From the NCBI GenBank assembly GCA_963827165.1, contig CAWGZR010000004.1, forward strand, positions 160,001-224,000: a stretch of DNA of 64,000 nt. The letters run 5' to 3'. The number at the start of each line of letters is the position of its first letter. The first letter of the stretch is position 1. The translations under genes and the position numbers were made by a program. Positions 1 to 8,822 of this stretch are shown here, piece by piece. Source of the DNA: Candidatus Bathyarchaeota archaeon (GTDB lineage: Archaea; Thermoproteota; Bathyarchaeia; Bathyarchaeales; Bathycorpusculaceae). The notes under the pieces were generated by a model. The model saw only the letters and a list, made by a program, of their open reading frames with translations, did not search any database and was not told the origin of the DNA.

Positions 1-863
1 ATGGCTTTTCTTACGCCTAAGTTCATATCCCATTCATTGGGGTATTCTATTGGGCAGGCGTCTTTGCATTCTCCGCAACCCGTGCATTTTTCGGCCATAA
101 CATATCTCGGGTTCTTGCGAACTTTAACTCTGAAATTGCCTACAAAACCCTCCACCTTGAGGATGTCCGCATTGGTTATTACTTGGACCTTAGGATGGCG
201 CAATACTTCCACCATCCTAGGTCCTTCAATTCATATGCTGCAATCCAAAGTTGGAAAAGTCTTGTCGAGCTGCGCCATGTGTCCGCCTATGCTCGCGTTC
301 TTCTCGACAAGGTATACCTCGAACCCCATATTCGCCAAATCCAAAGCAGAGTTGATACCGGCAATACCGCCGCCGATAACCAAGGCGTTTTTGGTTACAG
401 GGACCTCCATGGTTTCAAGGGGCTTGAGCAACCTCGCCTTGGCAACGGCCATCCTTATAGTATCTTTTGCTTTTGCTGTGGCTTCTTTAGGATCATTGGG
501 ATGGCACCATGAAGCGAACTCACGTATGTTCGCCATTTCAAACACATAAGGATTTAGTCCTGCTTCACTTACAGTTTTTCGAAATGTTGGCTCATGCATC
601 CTTGGGCTGCAAGCAGCCACGACAACACGGTTTAATTTGTGTTCTTTTATGGCTTTTCTGATTTCTTCTTGTCCCGGGTCAGCGCAAGTGTAGCGGTTTT
701 CTTTAACATAGACTACGTCAGGTATGGTTTTTGCGTACTCGGCGACTGAGGGTACGTCCACTGTGCCTGCGATGTTCATACCGCAGTGGCAGACAAAAAC
801 GCCGATCCGCAGTTCTTCTGGTTTTTGAGTTTCAGGTTGTTTTTTGGCTTCTGGATTGCTCAT
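1..863 (-). CDS. hdrA: Heterodisulfide reductase subunit A, N-terminal part (runs off window start); in-frame TGA at 233-231 read through
   Basis: [26 protein letters not shown], Rossmann GGGIAG and [11 protein letters not shown]; past the TGA the same frame continues [21 protein letters not shown]...[18 protein letters not shown]...[13 protein letters not shown] to the window edge. Confidence 0.95.
185..224 (-). promoter_or_regulatory. Putative recoding (SECIS-like) hairpin inside hdrA, starting 6 nt after the UGA
   Basis: mRNA GGACCU-AGGAUGG-UG-[GAAGUAUUG]-CG-CCAUCCU-A-AGGUCC: 13 Watson-Crick pairs plus U.G and G-C, with one bulged A. Confidence 0.6.
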
Positions 864-1792
864 TTCACTATCTCCTCAAAGTTGAGTCTTTTGGAAACTG
901 CTTTGCGCCTGTTCTCGCCGGCTCGAGCTTTCAACTCTTTAACAGCATCAATGTGTGATGTTAATCTTTCTAATGATTTGTTCCAAGCACCCGAATGAAT
1001 GGGCGTATGACGCACTGCTGTGCGCTTAACCTTTAATGCTTCATCGATGGGGCAAATATTTTTGCACGCGCCACAGTAGGTACAGAACAAATCGTTAACA
1101 TGAACCTTCTTGTCGCTGAGCGTTAGCGCTCCTGGAATCGGGCAGACGTCAAAGCAATCGGTGCAACCCTCGGGACATTTCTCCTGAGCGATGGCGATTA
1201 CTCCTTCAAAGGCTTTTTTGACCTTTATCGCGCCTGGACTGCATTTGAACTCGCATACTCTGCAAGTTGGGCAGTAATCCTTCTTGATGTCGAGGCTAAC
1301 CTGAATGCGTGCTTTGAAGCTAGGGGAAGAATCCGCAATGTTTTCGACGGGTTTGCCGTCAAAACCAACTTTCGACACTGTTATCAACCCGAATGGACAG
1401 GCGGCTTCGCATTCAACACATTCTTTAGGGCACTTGGAGTTATCCACTTTTATGTCCCGAACCAGCTGAGGGTAGCTGTCTTTCGCCAAGACAGAGAGGT
1501 CATGATTCCCATTTAAAGTAACCTTGATGGCGCCGTAGGGGCATGTGACGTCGCATATTCCGCAGAAATTACATTTAGCCAAATCAACATCAACTTTGGC
1601 TTTTTTAGTTTTTTCTCCGGCGTTCTTTGGCTGTTTTTGCGTTGTTATTGCCTCTTTAGGGCAGGCCAACATGCAAATTTGGCAGCCGACGCACCGTTTC
1701 TTGTCGAGAGTTAACTTGTAATTCTTAACTTGTAAATCCCACTCTAATGTTAAGGCATCTGCCGCATCCTTCTTTATGGTTTTAAACGGCAT
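860..1792 (-). CDS. Polyferredoxin (FwdF/MvhB-like multi-4Fe-4S protein)
   Basis: Six CxxCxxCxxxC(P)-type motifs; ATGA overlap with hdrA; ATG 1792 follows a GGTGG RBS (ORF track starts at 1816). Confidence 0.85.
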   Translation of the reverse strand: MPFKTIKKDAADALTLEWDLQVKNYKLTLDKKRCVGCQICMLACPKEAITTQKQPKNAGEKTKKAKVDVDLAKCNFCGICDVTCPYGAIKVTLNGNHDLSVLAKDSYPQLVRDIKVDNSKCPKECVECEAACPFGLITVSKVGFDGKPVENIADSSPSFKARIQVSLDIKKDYCPTCRVCEFKCSPGAIKVKKAFEGVIAIAQEKCPEGCTDCFDVCPIPGALTLSDKKVHVNDLFCTYCGACKNICPIDEALKVKRTAVRHTPIHSGAWNKSLERLTSHIDAVKELKARAGENRRKAVSKRLNFEEIVK

Positions 1793-2180
1793 ATCTTTCC
1801 ACCAAGGGCTCTCCAAGCCGCCGAACAGAACACCAATGGCGGCTAACAGTTTAATTGGTAGGACTTAAAGTGCTTTTGATATAAATATTGCTTGAACAAA
1901 AACGTGCTTTCTACCATCAAAAACACCGGAAAAGAGTTTGTTTAGCTGACGGAATAGGTTTTAGATTTTATGTGTTTGTTTTTGAATCTTTGTACCCTTG
2001 TCCAACCTTTCCGCGCCCTATCTAAACCCAGTTTAAGCCATAAACCAGAAAATAGCCTAAAGTTCAGAAAAACTTCTGCGGCTGAAATTGTGAAGGCTCC
2101 TCTAGCTATGTCCTCGGTTGGCTTTCTTTGACGCCTATCTGATTTGATGAGCGTTGCCTTTTTTGGCCTTTTATACCATA

Positions 2181-2250
2181 TTATAGAGCATAAAATAGCA
2201 TAAGATAGCATATTTCAGCGTATTATAGCATATTATAGCATGCAGTAGCA
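2181..2250. repeat. Tandem array of 7 degenerate 10-bp units (consensus TAWKATAGCA)
   Basis: ttatagagca taaaatagca taagatagca tatttcagcg tattatagca tattatagca tgcagtagca. Confidence 0.8.
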
Positions 2251-2360
2251 ACCAAAACAAGCCCCATTTCATAAAAGCAACTCAAAACACAAACGGAAAA
2301 TTTTCTCTTCCCAAAAAAGCGGGTCCACAGCGCTCAAATCTGCGATTCTATTTATAGACT

Positions 2361-2400
2361 ATTTGATACGTTTCAATACGTTTCGATACGTTTTGGTATG
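2361..2400. repeat. Second tandem array of 4 degenerate 10-bp units (consensus TTTYGATACG)
   Basis: atttgatacg tttcaatacg tttcgatacg ttttggtatg. Confidence 0.7.
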
Positions 2401-2555
2401 TTTTGAGATTATGGTTTCAAGTATTTCAAGCCCCAAACCAAAAAAACAGCTCAAAACACAAAGAAAAAAAAATTAGAGGAAAATTTATTTTGTTTAAGGA
2501 CACAAACAAAGAAAAGATAAAGAGCTAGCTCAGCTTACCCCAAGAGTTGTCAGAG

Positions 2556-3737
2556 CTAGTTTTCGCCTTGGGGTAGCCCGATTTTGCGCATGTAGTCACG
2601 CGCATATCGAGGATTGTATGCGAGCAGTTCTTTGCTTCTGAGTAGTCGGCGGTCTAGGCGGTCTAATGCGACTCGGAAAGTGGGTTCGATGCCCCAGCCT
2701 TCGCTTGCGCTAATGAAGGTGCCTCTGACAGTTCTGAATTGGAGACGGCAGTGGATCATGGGGGTTTCGCGGGTGTTTGTGTTGCCGTGGCTTTTCATGT
2801 AGACAAAGAGGGTGCCTAGTTGGAAGGCTTCTTGGTATTTGTGTGTAAAGGAGTCAAATTCGCCCATCATGAAGGCTTGCTGTTCCGGTGTGATGTCCAC
2901 TTCTTTTACGCCGAACTGAATCGACAACTTGCGTTCAGCAGTTTCAAGCTGACTTATCGGCTCAAGGAAATCAAGTTTGGTGACAACGCCGACAAGCCGA
3001 TCACTCGACGTAACTGCCACACAAGAAACATCATGGTCGTGCATCATTTTCTCAGCATCCCGAAGGCTTGTCTTAGGCTCAACCGTCACTACAGGCCTAC
3101 TCATGATGCCTTTAGCTGGAACACTTAGCGTTTCAATCTTTTCCCCAACAATGTCACCTGTTGTCTGGCGCCGTTGAGGCCAGTAAATGTTTTCCAAAAT
3201 ATCTTCAATACCAATCATGCCTACAAGTTTTCCAGAGTCCATGATTGGAACATGCGAAATGCCATATTCCCTCATCAAGCTTAAGACGGCTCCGACTGAA
3301 CGACTTGCTTCAAGAGTGTGCGGCGCCCGAGTCATAATTGTCTCTGTTTTGGTAGCTCCCCACTCCTGCGCCACCGCCGAATGAATAATGTGCTCATCAG
3401 TAATGAAGCCAAGAAGCTTGCTTTTGTCGAAAACCGGCAGCTGCCTTAACCCGCTTTCAATCATCAGCTTTGCGGTTTTGCTCAATGAGAAATCAGGGTT
3501 GACCGGTGGAGCGGTCTTCATTAGGGTTTTAACTTTTGTTGAGTTGAGGTCGAGTCTCGATCTTAGAATCGCGCGGCGAGTGATCATGCCTTGATACTTG
3601 CCTTTTTCGTTTAACACGGCTAAGACCGGAAGAACTCCTTTTTCGAATGCTTCTAAGCAACGGGAAAGCGTGTCGTTTTCCTGCACGCCGTTGAAGCTCT
3701 TTGAATAAACATCTTCGGCAGAAATTGAGGTTGCCAT
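2556..3737 (-). CDS. 4xCBS-domain protein with C-terminal HPF/RaiA-like domain (archaeal ribosome hibernation factor-like)
   Basis: Four CBS repeats, then a ~100-aa beta-alpha-beta-beta-beta-alpha segment ending FISASEGWGIEPTFRVALDRLDRRL, resembling HPF. Confidence 0.7.
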   Translation of the reverse strand: MATSISAEDVYSKSFNGVQENDTLSRCLEAFEKGVLPVLAVLNEKGKYQGMITRRAILRSRLDLNSTKVKTLMKTAPPVNPDFSLSKTAKLMIESGLRQLPVFDKSKLLGFITDEHIIHSAVAQEWGATKTETIMTRAPHTLEASRSVGAVLSLMREYGISHVPIMDSGKLVGMIGIEDILENIYWPQRRQTTGDIVGEKIETLSVPAKGIMSRPVVTVEPKTSLRDAEKMMHDHDVSCVAVTSSDRLVGVVTKLDFLEPISQLETAERKLSIQFGVKEVDITPEQQAFMMGEFDSFTHKYQEAFQLGTLFVYMKSHGNTNTRETPMIHCRLQFRTVRGTFISASEGWGIEPTFRVALDRLDRRLLRSKELLAYNPRYARDYMRKIGLPQGEN

Positions 3738-4160
3738 AATAATCCCTTTGACTTAATGGTAAAAGCGGAATTTAAATGTTGCAAGGAAGCTAAGCATGCA
3801 AGAAAGCCAGCTATAACAATTATAAGAATCGCCAAGTCACAGTTATTGACATGTTTTCTGACATGAAAGAGGACGTTTCATCGCGCAGATATTCGAAATG
3901 CATTTAATGCCGATACTCAAAATCGTTCCATTACAAACTCGGTTTGTCCTATAAAAAACAACACTACAAGAAGTAATCGATAATATTCAAAAAGAAGTTT
4001 TACTGTTATAAAAGAATAGAACAATTTTTCCTTTTCGTTTAAATAACTCTTTACGGACATTATATGGTTGAGGAGCAGTCGGAATAGCCCACTTCCGTTT
4101 TTGTAGACAATAAGAAAGTGTTTTTAATACTCGCTTCAAGCGTGAAGGGATTTGCTGGCA

Positions 4161-4544
4161 ATGTCTGTAAATCAAAAAGAATTCGTGGAAGAACTGAAAA
4201 TCGAGTGGAAAAAGCTCTGGCAAGAAAGGTTCGATGACGGTATTAGAGCCGAAAGCGTAGCAGTCAAAGGATACGACCAGCTATTCGTCGACAAAGGCAC
4301 AATAATCAATGCCACACGCGATTTCAAAGCTTTAAACTTCAAAGAAATCTTCGAAGAGCACCAGGTTAAGAATGCGGAAAGATACTTCCCGCCGAACCCA
4401 AGAGTAAGCGGATGGATGAAATTCGCGAAAACAAAGATCACGGATCAAAAGAAGCAGAGAAAACGAGATGCTCACTTTTGCGCCCGTGAAAATAAGGAAA
4501 ATAAACAGTTGAAGCAAAGCGGACGAGGATGGCTGCATGTTTAA
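4161..4544 (+). CDS. Hypothetical protein
   Basis: Long charged ORF, co-oriented with the next gene; ATG at 4161. Confidence 0.65.
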   Translation: MSVNQKEFVEELKIEWKKLWQERFDDGIRAESVAVKGYDQLFVDKGTIINATRDFKALNFKEIFEEHQVKNAERYFPPNPRVSGWMKFAKTKITDQKKQRKRDAHFCARENKENKQLKQSGRGWLHV

Positions 4545-4585
4545 TGGTTTCTTGGATTTGAAGTTTATTTTAGGGGAAACTTAGA

Positions 4586-4918
4586 TTGCGTAATTATAGA
4601 GATAGAATGGACATAATCGCGGACATTCTTAATGTTGCAAGTCAAGATGCTAAGAAAACCAAGATAATGTATCAGGCGAATTTAAGCTACAAGGTTCTTC
4701 AACGTTATTTGGCTGAACTAGTTGATGCTGCACTCGTAACATTCGAAGACCACAATCAACAGTACAAATTGACAGCTAAAGGACACGAGTATCTTGACGC
4801 TTACAAAGTCTATGCTCGCTACAACAAGAGCATGGAGAAATACCTCAAAGATTTTTCTTCGAAAAAGAAAGTTTTGGAAAACTTGTGTCCAGCCAAAGAT
4901 GTCGCTACAAAAAAGTGA
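4586..4918 (+). CDS. Winged-helix transcription regulator (archaeal HTH_45-like)
   Basis: YRDRMDIIADIL...AKKTKIMYQANLSYKVLQRYL...YKLTAKG. Confidence 0.85.
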   Translation: MRNYRDRMDIIADILNVASQDAKKTKIMYQANLSYKVLQRYLAELVDAALVTFEDHNQQYKLTAKGHEYLDAYKVYARYNKSMEKYLKDFSSKKKVLENLCPAKDVATKK

Positions 4919-5419
4919 CGAACAATCTGACAATCGATCAACAGATAGAGTAATTATGGGCTGCCTTCAAAAACGTGCTTAGAAACTGCGTATTTCAATA
5001 GTCCATCCCTCGAAGACTGTACCGGGTTGGACCACAGTTCGAAACGCTGATCGGTTTTTTGAACAATCGACATAGAGCTGTTCATGTTTCGGAATACGTG
5101 GGTTTTAGAAAGAGGCCTTTGACAAGTTCAAAACGAGACTTAACTGTATTTAACCTATTTAAGTTCTCAAAACGTGTCAGTGGTCTGTACTGCGGTCATT
5201 TTGAAAAGAAAGATTCTTTATAGGTAACGGGAGCCAACCCAGATTAAGATTCATTAATTGGTTTTTTCTCGTAGAACTAAAAAGCCTCTGAACATAGATT
5301 TTAACTGAAGAGGTATAGACCATTATTCGAATGTTCTGAAGATTTGGTCCTTATGACTTTAAATACTGGTTTTCGCTAAGCAATTTATAGCACAAATTCT
5401 GCTTTTTGGAGGTCTTTCC

Positions 5420-6187
5420 GTGACCGAAATTCGATTGAACGACCCAGTTTATATTACAACGCTCCGTGAAGAAAACGCTATAGAATTGCAAAATGCTAAG
5501 GAACAGCATCCGAATGTTTCAGTAGTAATAGCGACGCTCAACGAGGAAGAAGGAATCGGACCCACAATTGATGAGTTACAAAGGACCTTGATAAACCCTT
5601 ACTTGGTCGTTGTGGACGGAAACAGCGTTGACAGAACCATGGAAATAGCGAAAAACATGGGCGCCGATGTTATGTTGCAAGAAGGGATAGGGAAAGGAGA
5701 CGCGATGTTCCAAGGTTTCCAAAATATAGGTTCAAAAATCCCATACGTTGTTTTCACCGATGCGGACTATACTTATCCAGCTGAATACGTACCGAAAATG
5801 GTTGAGATTTTAGAGCAAAACCCTGATGTTGGCATGGTTATCGGAAACCGCTTCAAGGGTGAAAATAACAACAGTAAAACGGTGATGAACCCGTTCTATT
5901 TAGGCAACAAGATGCTTGCGTTCGCTCAGTTGGTTCTGAACGGTGTTAAGCTTGATGATCCCCTATCGGGCCTTCGTATTGTTCGCAGTGAACTACTTGA
6001 CGGGTGGAAACCTAAGAGCAAAGGTTTTGACGTGGAAGCTGAAATGAACGCCGTTGTCAGCCGCAGCGGTTACAGAATAGTTGAAATTCCAATTGATTAC
6101 CGGATTCGACTAGGCGAGAAAAAACTGAAGCTCAGACACGGGATAGGGATAATGAAAAGAATTCTTTCTGAAAGCGTGAAATTCTAA
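5420..6187 (+). CDS. Glycosyltransferase family 2 (DPM1-like)
   Basis: VSVVIATLNEEEGI, VVDGNSVDRT, GKG, DAD motif, GFDVEAE. Confidence 0.9.
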   Translation: MTEIRLNDPVYITTLREENAIELQNAKEQHPNVSVVIATLNEEEGIGPTIDELQRTLINPYLVVVDGNSVDRTMEIAKNMGADVMLQEGIGKGDAMFQGFQNIGSKIPYVVFTDADYTYPAEYVPKMVEILEQNPDVGMVIGNRFKGENNNSKTVMNPFYLGNKMLAFAQLVLNGVKLDDPLSGLRIVRSELLDGWKPKSKGFDVEAEMNAVVSRSGYRIVEIPIDYRIRLGEKKLKLRHGIGIMKRILSESVKF

Positions 6188-6239
6188 ACCAAGAATTTGC
6201 ACCTCACACTGCTTTGCTTGTGAACTTGGAATTTTTGAG

Positions 6240-6596
6240 TCACCAGTCAGATTTTCTTTTCCATACGTTCATTGTACATTGGCCCCAACAGTAAGAGCTA
6301 GCCTTGAATTGGCATCCATTGCAGCCGATGCCAGTGAATTTTGGAACGGACTCATATTTTGAGTGCACTCGAACGAAAATCTTTTTGGGTTCAGGCCGAC
6401 TCGAAGGCGGGCCATCTTTTTGGTACTTTAGACGCTGTGGACACTTTTCGTAGACTGAAGGGTCCGAAAAGATAGAGGAAGCACAAGTTGAGCCCCCACA
6501 TTCACGAACAGTTAACTCAAATTCTCCTAAACCGGTCTCAGCCTTAGCGTATTCACAGCAAGGCGCTTTCTCAACTTCCTTCTCAGCCTCAGTCAC
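6240..6596 (-). CDS. Cys-rich hypothetical protein
   Basis: 118-aa ORF with 9 Cys in two clusters; purine-rich RBS upstream. Confidence 0.55.
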   Translation of the reverse strand: MTEAEKEVEKAPCCEYAKAETGLGEFELTVRECGGSTCASSIFSDPSVYEKCPQRLKYQKDGPPSSRPEPKKIFVRVHSKYESVPKFTGIGCNGCQFKASSYCWGQCTMNVWKRKSDW

Positions 6597-6691
6597 ATCT
6601 TTCCCCTTCCCGTGACTGTCTTAGTAAGCCGACCTTAAGACTTTTGCTATTCGCAAGATAGGGATTTGGAGCTCTTTTACAAGAGAGTTTT

Positions 6692-6979
6692 CTATCGAAA
6701 TTTGACGGCGTAATCAGCTTCGAAGGCTCTTGGAGTTACTTGCCGGGTTTTGCCAACCTTTAACTCAACTTTGCCGCTTAGTGCTTTGAATTGTTGAGGG
6801 AAGCCCTCCACATAATCCAGCACGCCGCAAACGTAACAGAAGCTGCCATAAAAAGAAACCGTAACGATTTCGAGAGAAATTGAGACTGGCTTAGCCGTTA
6901 TTTCGGGGCTCCGCAGCCTGTTGTAAAGAGCGACGGCTTTGGCTATGAGTTGTTCCAGTTCCTGCTGACTCAGGGACAA
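6692..6979 (-). CDS. Conserved archaeal hypothetical protein (GSFCxxCG motif)
   Basis: YNRLRSPE...FYGSFCYVCGVLDY; directly downstream of pyrK. Confidence 0.7.
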   Translation of the reverse strand: MSLSQQELEQLIAKAVALYNRLRSPEITAKPVSISLEIVTVSFYGSFCYVCGVLDYVEGFPQQFKALSGKVELKVGKTRQVTPRAFEADYAVKFR

Positions 6980-6988
6980 TGAAACGCC

Positions 6989-7807
6989 CTAGAAGGGTAT
7001 TCTTGAGCCGTCGAATCCCAGTCTTGAAATTCCCAGTTCCTCTTTGACTTCACGCAGTTGCGCCGCCGTGAAAACAGGTCCATCCCTGCAAACGCGGTAT
7101 TTACCGATGACGCAGCTTCCGCACAAGCCAATCCCACAACGCATAAGCCGCTCTAAGCTTGCTTCCAACGGCAGTTTTCGTTGTTCCGTCAAATCGAAGA
7201 TTTTCTTCACCATGACTTCTGGACCGCAAGTGTAGATCATTTCGAATTTTTCTCTGTCAAGCAATTTGGCTAAGGGTTCAGTCACCATGCATTGTAAACC
7301 GTAGGTGCCATCTTCCGTGGTTGTGATTATGCTTTTCTCGTTGCAGACACCGCCAAGTTCGCGTATGAAGAGAAGTTCGTCTTTGGTTTTTGCTCCCTCA
7401 ACAAAGGATAGACGCTCGGTTTTTGCGGCTAACTGCTTTGCCAAGAATAAGAGAGGCGCCGTTCCCGTGCCGCCTCCGACCAGCAGAACCCGGCCTCGGC
7501 TTTCAGTGAAGCTGTTGCCGAAAGGTCCCCGAACTCCAACGGTTGCGCCAGCCTCCATGTTGTGAAGATGCTTGGTTGCGTCGCCGATTTGTTTTACAGA
7601 AACGGAAACCAATCCATTCCCAACTTCCATTACGCTCAGCGGAATTTCGTCTATGCCGGGGATCCAAAGCATCAAAAACTGTCCTGGCTTCGCCTTTGAG
7701 CATAGCCTATCGTAGATGGTGAAGGTTTTCACAGATGGGCTCTCTGTTCGAACCTGAACGATTTCCGAGGTTCTAATTGTATTAGCTGCGATGAGCGAGG
7801 TTGACAA
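6989..7807 (-). CDS. pyrK: Dihydroorotate dehydrogenase electron transfer subunit
   Basis: KPGQFLMLW, RGPFGNSF, GGGTGTAP, CGP, MRCGIGLCGSC...VCRDGPVF. Confidence 0.95.
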   Translation of the reverse strand: MSTSLIAANTIRTSEIVQVRTESPSVKTFTIYDRLCSKAKPGQFLMLWIPGIDEIPLSVMEVGNGLVSVSVKQIGDATKHLHNMEAGATVGVRGPFGNSFTESRGRVLLVGGGTGTAPLLFLAKQLAAKTERLSFVEGAKTKDELLFIRELGGVCNEKSIITTTEDGTYGLQCMVTEPLAKLLDREKFEMIYTCGPEVMVKKIFDLTEQRKLPLEASLERLMRCGIGLCGSCVIGKYRVCRDGPVFTAAQLREVKEELGISRLGFDGSRIPF

Positions 7808-8717
7808 TTTCTTTTACACTCCCAAAATGTTTCTTTCTAAGGTAAACTTCTAAGCCTTTAGTTATATCTTCAAAAACAGATGTGTCCTCCCAAGCTATGG
7901 CAGTTCCAACCTGCACGGCTGAAGCGCCAGCTAACAAAAACTCGACGGCGTCGCGCCATCCGCTTATGCCTCCGCAGCCGATGATGGGCACATCAGGCAA
8001 CTCTTCGCGAATGTCGAATACGCATCGGAGAGCCACTGGCTTGATTGCTGCACCCGACAAACCGCCCTTGATGTTGCTTAAAATTGGGTGCGTTGTTTCC
8101 GTGTCGATCGCCATGGCTTTTAACGTGTTCACCGCGGTTAAGGCATCGGCGCCTGCTTCAACTGCCGCCTTAGCCGACACTGTTATGTCTGCGACATTTG
8201 GCGTTAGCTTCACGATGACTGGTTTGTTAATGGTTGCCTTCACCTTTTCAACTACTTGTGAAAGAAGACGAGGGTTTTGACCGATTTCCGAGCCGGTATA
8301 TTGAACGTGTGGGCAAGAAACGTTAAGTTCCACTGCGTCCGCCCCTGCTTTGACGGCTTTCTCAGCGACGGATGCGTATTCGTCCTCGGTGTAGCCGAAA
8401 ACGCTAACGATAAGAGGGATTCGAAGAATTGTTTTTGCGTATTCTATTTCACCTTTGTACTCGTCGATTCCTGGGTTTGGTAAACCCATCGCGTTTATCA
8501 ACCCTGATTCAGCTTGAACCACCGTTGGGTTCGGGTAGCCGACTCGGGGTTCTACGCCTATGGATTTGGTCACAACTGCGCCTGCACCGCCTTTAGCCAC
8601 GCGGTTGAAGGATTCCGCTGAAAAACCCAACACCCCAGAGGCAAGAACCGCTGGGTTCGGCAAATCCAAGCCAGCGAGGCTTACGCGTAACGGATTACTT
8701 TCCAAATTCAAAGTCAC
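7782..8717 (-). CDS. pyrD: Dihydroorotate dehydrogenase 1B catalytic subunit
   Basis: NAMGLPNPG, ELNVSCPH, VKLTPN, GGLSG, IIGCGGI. Confidence 0.95.
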   Translation of the reverse strand: MTLNLESNPLRVSLAGLDLPNPAVLASGVLGFSAESFNRVAKGGAGAVVTKSIGVEPRVGYPNPTVVQAESGLINAMGLPNPGIDEYKGEIEYAKTILRIPLIVSVFGYTEDEYASVAEKAVKAGADAVELNVSCPHVQYTGSEIGQNPRLLSQVVEKVKATINKPVIVKLTPNVADITVSAKAAVEAGADALTAVNTLKAMAIDTETTHPILSNIKGGLSGAAIKPVALRCVFDIREELPDVPIIGCGGISGWRDAVEFLLAGASAVQVGTAIAWEDTSVFEDITKGLEVYLRKKHFGSVKEIVNLAHRS

Positions 8718-8822
8718 CTATCCTAAAACTAGTTTGCACAACTAAAAAGATAAAGCTTCTTTTATAGCAAAAAATTAAGTGAAGAACAATTGATTTTTTT
8801 AGGGTTGAGCCTTTCTTGGTGG

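Noticed and set aside
1-549. 182-aa plus-strand ORF and other long antisense ORFs (e.g. 9599-10219, 19244-19984)
   Set aside because: Antisense shadows of well-supported genes on the opposite strand.
1942-2211. 89-aa ORF on the minus strand
   Set aside because: Starts inside the decamer array and has no recognisable motif or RBS.
2181-2400. CRISPR array or ORB-type origin
   Set aside because: Units are 10 bp with no spacers, no cas or orc1/cdc6 gene nearby, and no ORB consensus recognised.
4920-5180. Short repeats (GAACAATC..GACA, AAAACGTG) and a small hairpin after the wHTH gene as ncRNA/tRNA
   Set aside because: No cloverleaf; the repeats are too short to exceed chance.
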